A DNA stretch of 32,000 nt from Candidatus Nanosynbacter sp. BB002 (GCF_037013405.1 NZ_CP146064.1:390001-422000), one strand, 5' to 3'; numbered from the stretch's first letter, positions 11,452 to 19,570 are shown. Notes: generated from the letters alone by a model not told the origin. A program made the numbers and translations.

Positions 11452-11955
11452 ATGCAGAAAGCTATCATCGTTGCGTATGATACCAACCGCGCCATCGGGC
11501 GAGGTGGTGATTTACCATGGGGACGGAGCTTGCCAGCAGATTTGGCACATTTCAAGCGGCTAACCAGGGGTGGCGATATCATCATGGGTCGGAAAACCTT
11601 TGAGTCAATCGGCTCTCGCCCGCTGCCAGAGCGCGAAAACATCGTTATCTCCTCACGACCGACGGGCGTCAAAGGCGTCCTTACGGCGGTAAACTTGTCA
11701 AGCGCCCTAGCGTTGTCACGCTACCCAACCTTTATCATCGGTGGTGCACAGGTATACGGCGATGCACTGGGCGTGCCAGAGATTGACACTATTTACGCCA
11801 CCGAAGTCGACGCTACGTCCCCAGACGCCGACACCTTTTTCCCAGAGCTAGACATGACCGTCTGGGAAGAGACTGACCGTGTCCACCGCCCAGCAGATGA
11901 AGCTAATGTCTACGCTCTTGACTTTGTGATCTATCGGCGAAAAGCCGCACAATAA
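11452..11955 (+). CDS. folA: dihydrofolate reductase
   Basis: 167 aa. [19 protein letters not shown]...[10 protein letters not shown]...[12 protein letters not shown] is the canonical DHFR N-terminal pattern. Confidence 0.9.
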   Translation: MQKAIIVAYDTNRAIGRGGDLPWGRSLPADLAHFKRLTRGGDIIMGRKTFESIGSRPLPERENIVISSRPTGVKGVLTAVNLSSALALSRYPTFIIGGAQVYGDALGVPEIDTIYATEVDATSPDADTFFPELDMTVWEETDRVHRPADEANVYALDFVIYRRKAAQ

Positions 11956-11962
11956 CGGCAAT

Positions 11963-12895
11963 TTACACCGCGATTGGCGCCTTGATCGGTGGATGGTGCT
12001 CGTAATTTTCCAGGCGAATATCGTCAATAGTGAAATCATCAATACTCTTAACGTCAGGGTTCAGCCACAGCTTTGGCAGCGGCAGCGGACGGCGCGACAA
12101 TTGCTCGTCGACCTGCGCACGGTGATTATTGTAAATATGCGCGCTATTCAAGGTATGAATAAACTCACCTGGCTGCTTGCCAGTTACTTGGGCGATCATC
12201 GAAAGTAATAATGCGTAACTAGCAATGTTAAACGGCACACCTAGGAATATATCTGCCGAGCGCTGCGTCAATGCCAGATCTAGTTTCTCGCCATTCTCAT
12301 CTGGCCGAACATTAAACTGAAACATAGTATGGCACGGCGGCAGCCCGCCCGAACGCACGATTTCGTCAATTTCCGCCACATTCCAGGCGCTGACGATGTT
12401 GCGTCGCGACGTTGGATTATTATTTATCATGTCGATGGCGTTTTGGATCTGGTCAATCGTCCCGCCCTTACCGTCCGGCCATTTGCGCCACTGCACGCCG
12501 TACACTGGTCCCAAATCACCCCACTCCTCAGCAAAGGCGTGATCAGTCGCGATTTTACCGATAAATGTTTTCATGCCAGTGCGCCACTCCTCGCCATTGA
12601 TTTCCGGAATGCTTTGGCCGGTTTTCTCCAAATAATTCTTGTACGGCCACTCGTCCCAGATGTGCACGCCGTTTTGCGCCAGATATTCAATGTTGCCAGT
12701 GCCTTTGAGAAACCACAGCAGCTCATGTACCACGCTGTTGAAATATAATTTCTTAGTAGTCATCGCCGGAAAACCATCCGCCAAATCATACCGCGTCTGC
12801 ACACCAAACACTTCCGTCGTTCCCGTGCCAGTGCGGTCGCCTTTTTTTACGCCGCTGTCGCGAACCTGCTGTAACGCGTCTAGATACTGCCTCAT
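11963..12895 (-). CDS. thyA: thymidylate synthase (ThyA, long form)
   Basis: 310 aa. [11 protein letters not shown]...GDRTGTGT...HELLWFLKG...LPPCH..FQF...[21 protein letters not shown] (GGGAGTAGGAAAT) before ATG 12895 and a TGgTATACT box upstream. Confidence 0.95.
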   Translation of the reverse strand: MRQYLDALQQVRDSGVKKGDRTGTGTTEVFGVQTRYDLADGFPAMTTKKLYFNSVVHELLWFLKGTGNIEYLAQNGVHIWDEWPYKNYLEKTGQSIPEINGEEWRTGMKTFIGKIATDHAFAEEWGDLGPVYGVQWRKWPDGKGGTIDQIQNAIDMINNNPTSRRNIVSAWNVAEIDEIVRSGGLPPCHTMFQFNVRPDENGEKLDLALTQRSADIFLGVPFNIASYALLLSMIAQVTGKQPGEFIHTLNSAHIYNNHRAQVDEQLSRRPLPLPKLWLNPDVKSIDDFTIDDIRLENYEHHPPIKAPIAV

Positions 12896-12983
12896 ATTTC
12901 CTACTCCCTTTAACTACAACTAGTATACCAAATACTCATTAGCTCTTGGAAGCTACGGAAATGATTAGCAAATATATAAAATA

Positions 12984-14000
12984 CTAATTATTCATAATAA
13001 TTTGGTTGCGCTCGGCTACCCGTTCACGTTCAGCCCGAAGAATCTCCTGCGATTCTGAGCTATTGAGGTCTCGAACATTAATATAGACACCGTCGCGAAG
13101 GTTGTATCCGGAGGTCACCAAAACACCCGATTTACCCAATTGCGAATCCGCATAATTCACTGATTCCGTTTGAGAAGTATAATCAATTAGGTTAAATGGG
13201 CTCGTTTCAAGCAATGCCGTACCACGGTTGTCTTTCCAGGTGGCAAATACACCAATCTTCTGGATAGGATGCTCGATTTTGTTTCCTTGTTCGTCGAACA
13301 GTGGTCCGCAAATTGGTCCAAAGAAAATATTTTCTATATCTGGCAAAATCTTTTTCAATACATGATCAGCCGGTAATGGCATGACTACCCCTAGTCGCTC
13401 ATCAAATTCTTGAGACAATGAGTACCGTACTGTCTCTGAATGACCTTCAAAGTCATTAACTTTACGGCGTGGATCAAGGTGTTTCAGCTCCGGCGGCGAA
13501 AATAGCAGTCTGGAATTCTTAGAAAGATTGGAAGTGTTGGAAATAATACCAGCGCTCTTTTCGAATAGATCTGGTCGCCCCATAACACTAAACGGCGAGG
13601 CATACTGCTGTACTTGAGAAGGGTCTCCCGGCACTTTTTCCAGATCAAAACCAGCTTGCAGAAGGTTTTGTATGGTATCAAACGCACACGCTATGCGTAG
13701 CTCTCCATCCTCGCCTTGGAGTTGGTTTGGCATCAACAATTGATGCCCCAGTCCTTTGCCCAACTCTGGACCCAGTAAATGACCTACTTCATGCGCAATA
13801 ATACTACTAGGAGCACGGTTGTAATTAGCAGTAAACCACGGGAAATATGACCCATCTGCGTTGTCAGGCTTCTGGAATGCTCGGCCGCCATAATTTTTTC
13901 CCTCTGTATCGCCACCATTGACCATCACGGCAATAATGGCCTGATTACCCAACATCTTTCTGTACTTTTCATAGTGCGACCGAGCAATTTTTTCTATCAA
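12984..14000 (-). pseudogene. zinc-metalloprotease domain (HEVGH); probably the 3' part of one frameshifted gene
   Basis: 338-codon frame beginning at a TTG with no SD. Contains HExxH (IIAHEVGHLLG). It has no signal peptide of its own and overlaps the preceding ORF by 4 nt. Confidence 0.55.
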
Positions 14001-14356
14001 TCCGTCAGAAAAACCCCATTAGGAAGATCAGGAGGGGTCTCATCTATCCAATGAGGTGTTTTCGTAAATGTATAAGCTCCAGCAGTTGTGTCAGTTGTCC
14101 ATCCTGTTTGCTGCTGAACCTCTGTTACGATATCACTAGTACCTCTGTGGTTATTGTGACCCTTTGGCTGCAAAATCACCGAACCAAAAGCGATACCATA
14201 TGGCGGTAATGAACTAGCAGCCTCCTGCGACTTGTGCGACTTGGGTTGAGAAAGTTTCCCTCCATATTGAGCCCCAAGCTGGTATCCTACGCTTCCTACT
14301 AATCCAGCACCGGCACCAACCGCCGCAGAAAGTCCCAAAAAACGACGGCGAGACAT
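13997..14356 (-). pseudogene. Tat-signal N-terminal part of the same (frameshifted) secreted protease
   Basis: MSRRRFLGLSAAVGAGAGLVGS matches the twin-arginine consensus S-R-R-x-F-L. ATG at 14356; an alternative ATG at 14443 would add 29 aa. The frame ends at TGA 13999..13997, just after a GGGGTTTTT run. Confidence 0.55.
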
Positions 14357-14454
14357 CGTAACCCGCTCTAGTAACGGTTTTTGCTCTGGCTCTGAACCGC
14401 ACTGGAAAATGGTTGAAGTATAACCTTCGTGACGTTCACACATAACTGATTACT

Positions 14455-14483
14455 ATTTTACACCATAAAGGCATTTTTGTCAA
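14455..14483 (-). promoter_or_regulatory. sigma70-like promoter TTGACA-17-TAAAAT
   Basis: Minus strand: TTGACA 14483..14478, 17-nt spacer, TAAAAT 14460..14455, directly upstream of the Tat-signal ORF. Confidence 0.45.
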
Positions 14484-14528
14484 TACCAGCAGAAGCGGTA
14501 TAAGTGTCGCCCGAGCTACCCTGAAGGA

Positions 14529-15812
14529 CTATTTGTTCAGTTCTATCAGTTTTTCGACCGTTTTGTCGGTGATCATGCGGTTTGCAATGTCACGGTGGAC
14601 ATTTGGATCGTTGAAGCGTTCAGCTATCTTTGGATCTTTGCCATACTGTTGCTTCATGGCCTCAATTTGCGTGGATAGTTCTTCGTGAGAAACTTCTACG
14701 CCCAGCTCTTTGGACAACTCTGCCAGCACCAAACCAGCCTTGACACGCTTTTCGGCAGCAGGACGGGCTTCTTTGGCTCGCCAATCATCCTTGTCCTTAA
14801 ACTTTTGTGTCTGTAGGTAGCTGTCAAGTGTCAATCCACGGTACATCAAGTTCTGCATCAAATCTTGCTCAATTGACCGGACTTGATCGTCAATCAACAG
14901 CTCAGGCAATGCCGCCTTAGAAGCTTCCGCCAATTCTCCCACCAAATCATCTTTCAATTTTTCGTCAGCTTCACGCTCTTTCTGATTGGTGATTTCGCGT
15001 TTAATGTCAGCTTTGAATTCGTCTACTGAGGTGAATGGACCGCATTTGGCAGCAAATTCATCGTTCACTTCAGGCAGTGACAATTCATTGACTTTGTGCA
15101 AGGTCACCGTAAAGACGACGTCAGCACCAGCCAACTCCTTGGCGTGATAGTCTTTCGGGAACGTCAATTTCAAATCAAAGGTTTCGCCAGCTTTGTGACC
15201 AACCACCCCCTCTTCAAAACCAGGGATAAATTGACCAGAGCCTAACTTTAGCGCAAAGTCTTTCGCTGCACCACCATCAAATGGCACATCATCTTTTTTG
15301 CCAGTAAAGTCGATGACCGCTTCATCACCTTCTTTGGCAGCACGCTTAACTTCTGTTTTCTCAGTAAAGTTTTCACGCATCCGAGTGATGATTTCCTCTA
15401 CTTCTTTGTCCTCAACTTTGACGGCTTGCCGTTTAGCCTTCAGTTTTTTGTAGTTACCCAATTTGACCGGTGGGATGATCTCTACTTCTGCAGTGAATTC
15501 CAGTTCCTGACCTGGCACAAATTTCTTCACATCAACCGCTGGACGGTCCAGAGCCTGGATCTTTTCTGCCATGAAGGCCTCGGCTACTGCTTTGCTCAGA
15601 GCATTGTCCAAGGTCTGCTCCTGCAGCGCCGCTGGGTTGACATGTTTTGCGGCAACACTAACGGGGACCTTGCCTTTGCGGAAGCCCGGCACCTTCACAT
15701 CAGCCGCCATTTTAGTAAGCGCTACTTGCTCGGCAGCTGACAGCTCTTCGCTACCCAGTGAGATGGTCAATTCTACTTTAGTATCTGATAGTTTCTTTAC
15801 AGTCGTCTTCAT
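14529..15812 (-). CDS. tig: trigger factor
   Basis: 427 aa. MKTTVKKLSDTKVELTISL...VKVPGFRKGKVP... is the classic trigger-factor N-terminus with the GFRxGxxP ribosome-binding motif. Confidence 0.95.
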   Translation of the reverse strand: MKTTVKKLSDTKVELTISLGSEELSAAEQVALTKMAADVKVPGFRKGKVPVSVAAKHVNPAALQEQTLDNALSKAVAEAFMAEKIQALDRPAVDVKKFVPGQELEFTAEVEIIPPVKLGNYKKLKAKRQAVKVEDKEVEEIITRMRENFTEKTEVKRAAKEGDEAVIDFTGKKDDVPFDGGAAKDFALKLGSGQFIPGFEEGVVGHKAGETFDLKLTFPKDYHAKELAGADVVFTVTLHKVNELSLPEVNDEFAAKCGPFTSVDEFKADIKREITNQKEREADEKLKDDLVGELAEASKAALPELLIDDQVRSIEQDLMQNLMYRGLTLDSYLQTQKFKDKDDWRAKEARPAAEKRVKAGLVLAELSKELGVEVSHEELSTQIEAMKQQYGKDPKIAERFNDPNVHRDIANRMITDKTVEKLIELNK

Positions 15813-15820
15813 ATCTGTTG

Positions 15821-15849
15821 ATTATAACAGATATAGGGCTAAGCCTCAA
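15821..15849 (-). promoter_or_regulatory. candidate tig promoter TTGAGG-17-TGtTATAAT, 8 nt before the ATG
   Basis: Minus strand: TTGAGG 15849..15844 (inside the hisS 3' end), 17-nt spacer, TATAAT 15826..15821 with TG at 15829..15828, then caacagat and ATG 15812. No SD. Confidence 0.4.
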
Positions 15850-17176
15850 ATAAGGCGTCCTCATCACCATCGTATCGGTGATCAGTCACCACGCTAATCA
15901 TGCGGGTGAAATTGACTTTTTGTTCAGTTGATTCGACTAAGTTTTTCACGGTGTAGGTTTCTGATTCTAACTCTTCTGGACCCACAAACACGGCAAACGG
16001 CACTCGCTTTTTCAGAGCAGCTTTCAGTTGTTTGTCGATCTTGCGACCCGTGATGTCGAGCTCAGCAAACACCCCTTCAGAGCGTAACTTCCTGGCAAGC
16101 GCATCGGCGCCGCTCATGACTTCTGGACTAACTGGGATGATGTACACATCAGTGTGCGTGGCTAGCTCCGGTAACAACCCGTGGACTTCCAAAAATACCT
16201 GCATGGTCGTTGCACCCATACCGACACCAACCGTCGCCATCGGTTCAACACCAAACAATCCGACAAGCCCGTCGTACCGACCACCGCCAAACATAGCACG
16301 ATTGTTTTCTGGCGCATTGTCAAAGAACTCAAAAACCGTGCCAGTATAGTAGTCCAGGCCTCTCATCAATGTCACGTCAAATACCGCATTGGTCACGCCT
16401 TTTTGTCGCAGCAGGTTCATGACGGTGCGTATCTGCTGAACACTTGGACTATCGCTCAGCTCAGCTGGTAAATCATCGACGCTCTTCATGCTAATCATCT
16501 GAGCTAGTTTCGGCAGCCCTTCACGCGAGCCCTCAGCACCAAAAATTTCAATGGCTTGCTGCTTGAAGGTCTCCGGCGGAATCTTATTTTTCTTATCGAG
16601 CAGCTTTGTCATCATATTTGCGCCGATGACATCCAGCCCCAAAAATTGACCAAGGAGTTGATTGACCAGTTGGCGGTTATTTACTCGCACTGTAAACATG
16701 TCGGGGCGCGCGCCAAAGTTCAGCACTGAGCGATAACTCATCTCGATGATTTCGGCATCAGCCATGGGACCGTCCACACCAAACAGGTCGGCGTTTAGCT
16801 GCCAAAACTCACGCTCTCGCCCGCGTTGTGGGCGTTCGTAGCGCATGAAATTTGCGATCGAATACAAACGTGCTGGCACCGCAAATTCGTGTCGTCTGGC
16901 TGCCACCATGCGGGAAATTGACGGCGTCATCTCTGGACGAATGGTCACCTGCCGACCGCCACGGTCTTCAAACGCGTAGGTTTGCTCACCTGCCAATTCT
17001 TGACCTGACTTTGCCAGATAGATGTCCATGGGCTCCAGCAACGGAGCGCCGTATTCTTCATAGCCAAAACTTTCGACGGTTTTGCGCCAAACGTTAAAAA
17101 TATAATTTTGCAGACGTTTTTCCTCTGGGAAATAGTCTCGCGAACCTTTGTAACTTTGTGTTGATAAACTGCTCAT
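15839..17176 (-). CDS. hisS: histidine--tRNA ligase
   Basis: 445 aa. GSRDYFPEE...YEEYGAPLLEP...FEDRGGRQVTIRPEMT...LYSIANFMRYERPQRGREREFWQ...GGGRYDGL are class-IIa HisRS motifs. Confidence 0.95.
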   Translation of the reverse strand: MSSLSTQSYKGSRDYFPEEKRLQNYIFNVWRKTVESFGYEEYGAPLLEPMDIYLAKSGQELAGEQTYAFEDRGGRQVTIRPEMTPSISRMVAARRHEFAVPARLYSIANFMRYERPQRGREREFWQLNADLFGVDGPMADAEIIEMSYRSVLNFGARPDMFTVRVNNRQLVNQLLGQFLGLDVIGANMMTKLLDKKNKIPPETFKQQAIEIFGAEGSREGLPKLAQMISMKSVDDLPAELSDSPSVQQIRTVMNLLRQKGVTNAVFDVTLMRGLDYYTGTVFEFFDNAPENNRAMFGGGRYDGLVGLFGVEPMATVGVGMGATTMQVFLEVHGLLPELATHTDVYIIPVSPEVMSGADALARKLRSEGVFAELDITGRKIDKQLKAALKKRVPFAVFVGPEELESETYTVKNLVESTEQKVNFTRMISVVTDHRYDGDEDALFEA

Positions 17177-17185
17177 GTTAGTTCC

Positions 17186-17214
17186 ATTATGTCATTATTT
17201 CTTCTATATATCAA
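17186..17214 (-). promoter_or_regulatory. candidate hisS promoter TTGATA-17-TGaCATAAT, 9 nt before the ATG
   Basis: Minus strand: TTGATA 17214..17209, 17-nt spacer, CATAAT 17191..17186 with TG at 17194..17193, then ggaactaac and ATG 17176. Confidence 0.4.
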
Positions 17215-17215
17215 T

Positions 17216-17241
17216 CAAAAACGCCGAGGCAGAACTCGGCG
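17216..17241 (-). terminator. rho-independent terminator insulating hisS from upstream (prophage-side) transcription
   Basis: Minus strand: CGCCGAG-ttctgc-CTCGGCG followed by TTTTT (stem 17241..17235 / 17228..17222, U-run 17221..17217). Confidence 0.7.
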
Positions 17242-17264
17242 CGGACAATCAAAAAATCAGAGCT

Positions 17265-17344
17265 CTACCTCGGCAACACATGCGGATGATGGAATGTGAA
17301 TGAAATCATAGGTTAATTATAGGGTATTATAGACTGTTTGTAAA
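17265..17344 (-). promoter_or_regulatory. promoter TTTACA-17-TATAAT plus a 14-codon leaderless mini-ORF (MISFTFHHPHVLPR)
   Basis: Minus strand: TTTACA 17344..17339, 17-nt spacer, TATAAT 17321..17316, 6 nt, ATG 17309, stop TAG 17267..17265. The terminator at 17216-17241 follows. Confidence 0.3.
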
Positions 17345-17496
17345 CATGTTTGTTGACAAGTACGCGAATAATTGATATATATAAATCACTGAAAAATATT
17401 ACATGATAGAGCAAACCGCTCAACCATGAATCTTGTTTTTCCAGTGATGTTAAAGGCCATTGATGGCGGTGGTTGCCGCTCATCTGAACTGTCTTC

Positions 17497-17537
17497 AGTA
17501 TAGCAAAACGCAAGCGTTCTGTCAATACGCTTGCGTT
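17497..17537 (-). promoter_or_regulatory. composite hairpin/promoter P1: TTGACA-17-TGcTATACT with the -35 in the loop of an 11-bp hairpin
   Basis: Minus strand: AACGCAAGCGT-aTTGACAga-ACGCTTGCGTT-ttgcTATACT (-35 at 17525..17520, -10 at 17502..17497, stem 17537..17527 / 17517..17507). Lies 60 nt downstream of the recombinase stop, so it may also terminate that gene. Confidence 0.5.
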
Positions 17538-17596
17538 ATAAAAATGGGCAAAATGGTGCGAAAACTGTGGAAAAGTCCGCACCATTACCTCTGTTA

Positions 17597-18463
17597 TTAT
17601 GATGTTGCGCTAAATTTCAATCTTTCAAAGCATGCCGCCATCTGTCCGTCCAATCCATGCAAATATCGCTGCGTAATTACCGCGTTTGAATGGCCGAGCA
17701 TCTCTTGCGATTCCATGAGCGTCGCCCCATTGCGTTGAATGTCTGTAGCGAACGAATGCCGCAGCGAGTGTGGGTGAAAATTGCGAAATCCCGCCAGATA
17801 AAACGGCTGCCGCATTAAATGCCGCAGCTCCTCTACACTAAGCAGTGTGCCGCTCGACTTCTGCCACAAATAGTCATCAATACGCCGACTAACGACCCAC
17901 TGTGTCAATCTTTCGCGAGCTTCTCGGCTCATATGTACCTCCCGCCGTCTGCCGCCCTTGCCAGTGAATACGATCATTCTGTCGGTGATATTCAATAGTC
18001 GCAGATTCCGCAGCTCAGTGATACGTAAGCCGCAGTCAAACGATAATTTAATCAGTAGCCACTGTATCTGATTGCAATATCCCAACACCTGCTCGATTTG
18101 CTCTCTCGTGTAGAAAACGCGGCGAATCGGCTCGGTCTCTTTTTGCTTAACAATGTGGCGAATCTTTAATTCAGGCATCTCCACGCCCATATCTCTGAAA
18201 TATCTGAACATTGCCACCACATGGCAAATTCGCGTATTGATAGTCCGACTGTTTAGCCCGCGTCGTGCCTGAGCGGCTATCCAATCGTTCACCTGCTGTG
18301 TTGTGATCTCTCCTAGTGTTTTGGCCGGCACGTTGGCCCGAAAATCCATCATCACCCAGCGTTTAGCACTCAATGTTTGGCGGCTCATCCGGCGCGTAAA
18401 CTCGCAGTACTCCAGATATTCGTCAAAAGCTCGCTCGATTGGCATAATTGTATTTTTCGTCAT
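17597..18463 (-). CDS. tyrosine site-specific recombinase (small XerC/D-like; phage integrase and/or invertase)
   Basis: 288 aa. N-terminal SAM-like core-binding region, then catalytic signature GLRITEL (Arg), HSLRHSFAT (His-x-x-Arg), LGHSN (His), QRYLH (Tyr). GGAG RBS before ATG 18463. Confidence 0.9.
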   Translation of the reverse strand: MTKNTIMPIERAFDEYLEYCEFTRRMSRQTLSAKRWVMMDFRANVPAKTLGEITTQQVNDWIAAQARRGLNSRTINTRICHVVAMFRYFRDMGVEMPELKIRHIVKQKETEPIRRVFYTREQIEQVLGYCNQIQWLLIKLSFDCGLRITELRNLRLLNITDRMIVFTGKGGRRREVHMSREARERLTQWVVSRRIDDYLWQKSSGTLLSVEELRHLMRQPFYLAGFRNFHPHSLRHSFATDIQRNGATLMESQEMLGHSNAVITQRYLHGLDGQMAACFERLKFSATS

Positions 18464-18489
18464 GATTTTAACTCCACTTAAAAAACCAG

Positions 18490-18577
18490 TTCTATATAGA
18501 ATTGCTTATAACGAACCTTAAAAGCTCAATTGTATATAGAACCCTCACATTTAATTTTCTGATAATTCTGTTATCAA
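18490..18577 (-). promoter_or_regulatory. candidate recombinase promoter (TTGATA-17-TTAAAT) with two TT(C/G)TATATAGAA palindromes downstream
   Basis: Minus strand: -35 at 18577..18572, -10 at 18554..18549. Perfect 12-bp palindrome TTCTATATAGAA at 18490-18501 and near-copy TTGTATATAGAA at 18530-18541, 40 bp apart, between the promoter and the start codon. Confidence 0.35.
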
Positions 18578-18613
18578 AAATGGGCGGTGGCGGGCGGATT
18601 TGCACTAACTTGA

Positions 18614-18638
18614 ATAAAAAATACGGCCAGACGGCCGC
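18614..18638 (-). terminator. weak rho-independent terminator
   Basis: Minus strand: CGGCC-gtct-GGCCG followed by TATTTTTTATT. Confidence 0.4.
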
Positions 18639-18703
18639 TTTCATTACGCAAAACTCCCAAATACTCGCATATATCTAGGATTATTGCATAATATTTGTAT
18701 ACA

Positions 18704-18735
18704 GGCAAACGCAAACAAGCCGCTACGCGAGCGGC
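18704..18735 (-). terminator. candidate terminator after the 125-aa gene
   Basis: Minus strand: GCCGCT-cgcgt-AGCGGC followed by TTGTTTGCGTTTG, about 20 nt after the stop at 18758. Confidence 0.4.
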
Positions 18736-18757
18736 GTCAAAATGTCAGCAGTGATTG

Positions 18758-19135
18758 CTACGTTATCAGGTTGTAGCTGTGCTTCATCTGCGCCAGCTTA
18801 TCTAATCCATCAATGTTGATCGGTAAGGCTGCCTGCTCTTGCATTTTCTGCTTGTGGCGTTCCTCTGCTGCCCTGGCCTTCGCCTGTGCGATCAGTTTGC
18901 GCAGCCAATCCACCGTCTTCGCCAGATTCTTACTTGACCAAATAAATGCGAAGTACTTGCGTGGATTACGTTTTCGTTTCGCCAATTTAATCGAATAATC
19001 GAACTCTCTCGCATAATTGATCTGTCGATTTCTAAACATCGGCAGGTAATTATCATCGGTGATTAGCTTTGTCGCCTTGCCTAATCGCTGCTGCATTTTC
19101 TGAACTCGTCGCTCGTCTATGGTTATGTTCCCCAT
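18758..19135 (-). CDS. hypothetical basic protein (125 aa)
   Basis: I prefer ATG 19135 (MGNITIDERR...) with GAGGGTAAA upstream. Lys/Arg-rich with a coiled-coil-like C-terminal half; no motif recognised. Confidence 0.55.
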   Translation of the reverse strand: MGNITIDERRVQKMQQRLGKATKLITDDNYLPMFRNRQINYAREFDYSIKLAKRKRNPRKYFAFIWSSKNLAKTVDWLRKLIAQAKARAAEERHKQKMQEQAALPINIDGLDKLAQMKHSYNLIT

Positions 19136-19273
19136 TTTACCCTCAAAATGCCATTTTGCTCTTGACAAACAAAAATAGCCTCTAAAATTGATAACAATTT
19201 TTTGAGGCCAGATACAGACAGCCCGCCCTGATTTACATCTGGGCGGGCTGAAAATCCTGTACGTTCACCGTCG

Positions 19274-19302
19274 ATTGTAGCAAATCTGCTTCATCTTGTC
19301 AA
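19274..19302 (-). promoter_or_regulatory. promoter P3: TTGACA-17-TGcTACAAT
   Basis: Minus strand: TTGACA 19302..19297, exact 17-nt spacer ending in TGc, TACAAT 19279..19274. A 10-bp hairpin (19221-19252, CAGCCCGCCC/GGGCGGGCTG) lies in the resulting 5' UTR. Confidence 0.5.
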
Positions 19303-19330
19303 CAAAAACGCCCCCATTTTCAGAGGGCGG
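19303..19330 (-). terminator. candidate terminator after the RHH gene
   Basis: Minus strand: CGCCC-(11-nt loop)-GGGCG followed by TTTTTGTT. Short stem. Confidence 0.35.
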
Positions 19331-19373
19331 AATAGGTACATGGATGTTCAAACCATGCGTTTGCAGTTTATCA

Positions 19374-19520
19374 CTATTTATTAGATTCCGCAACAGCAAC
19401 GTCAGTAACGACCAGCCGTCGTATATATTCGCTAACTGTCATATTCAACTCGGCGGCACGCTTGACGATCATCTCGTGATCGCTCTCTGAAACTTTTATG
19501 TGTATATGTTTAGTTTTCAC
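19374..19520 (-). CDS. ribbon-helix-helix (CopG/MobC-like) DNA-binding protein, 48 aa
   Basis: Below the ORF-track size cut-off. My translation from GTG 19520 (RBS AAAGG 6 nt upstream) is MKTKHIHIKVSESDHEMIVKRAAELNMTVSEYIRRLVVTDVAVAESNK. This fits the RHH pattern: beta strand (IHIKV), helix, and the G/N-x-S/T-x-SEYIR helix. Confidence 0.65.
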   Translation of the reverse strand: MKTKHIHIKVSESDHEMIVKRAAELNMTVSEYIRRLVVTDVAVAESNK

Positions 19521-19570
19521 ACTATACCTTTCTGCCCGATACGATGCCTCGGGCAGGGCTCTGTTAATAT

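Noticed and set aside
17313-17585. 90-aa minus-strand ORF between the recombinase and hisS
   Set aside because: It would start upstream of promoter P1 and run across two promoter-like elements. It has AT-rich, low-complexity composition and no RBS. The region is better explained as regulatory or att DNA.
17177-17596. tRNA or tmRNA gene as the prophage integration target, and a T-box leader for hisS
   Set aside because: I found no cloverleaf-compatible sequence, T-loop (GGTTCGAATCC-like) or tmRNA ends on either strand. I also found no T-box consensus (..GGTGGTACCGCG..) upstream of the terminator. attL cannot be defined without the other prophage end.
19296-19490. 64-aa + strand ORF
   Set aside because: It is antisense to the much better supported RHH gene (19374..19520, with RBS and a clear RHH sequence pattern) and overlaps P3 and a terminator.
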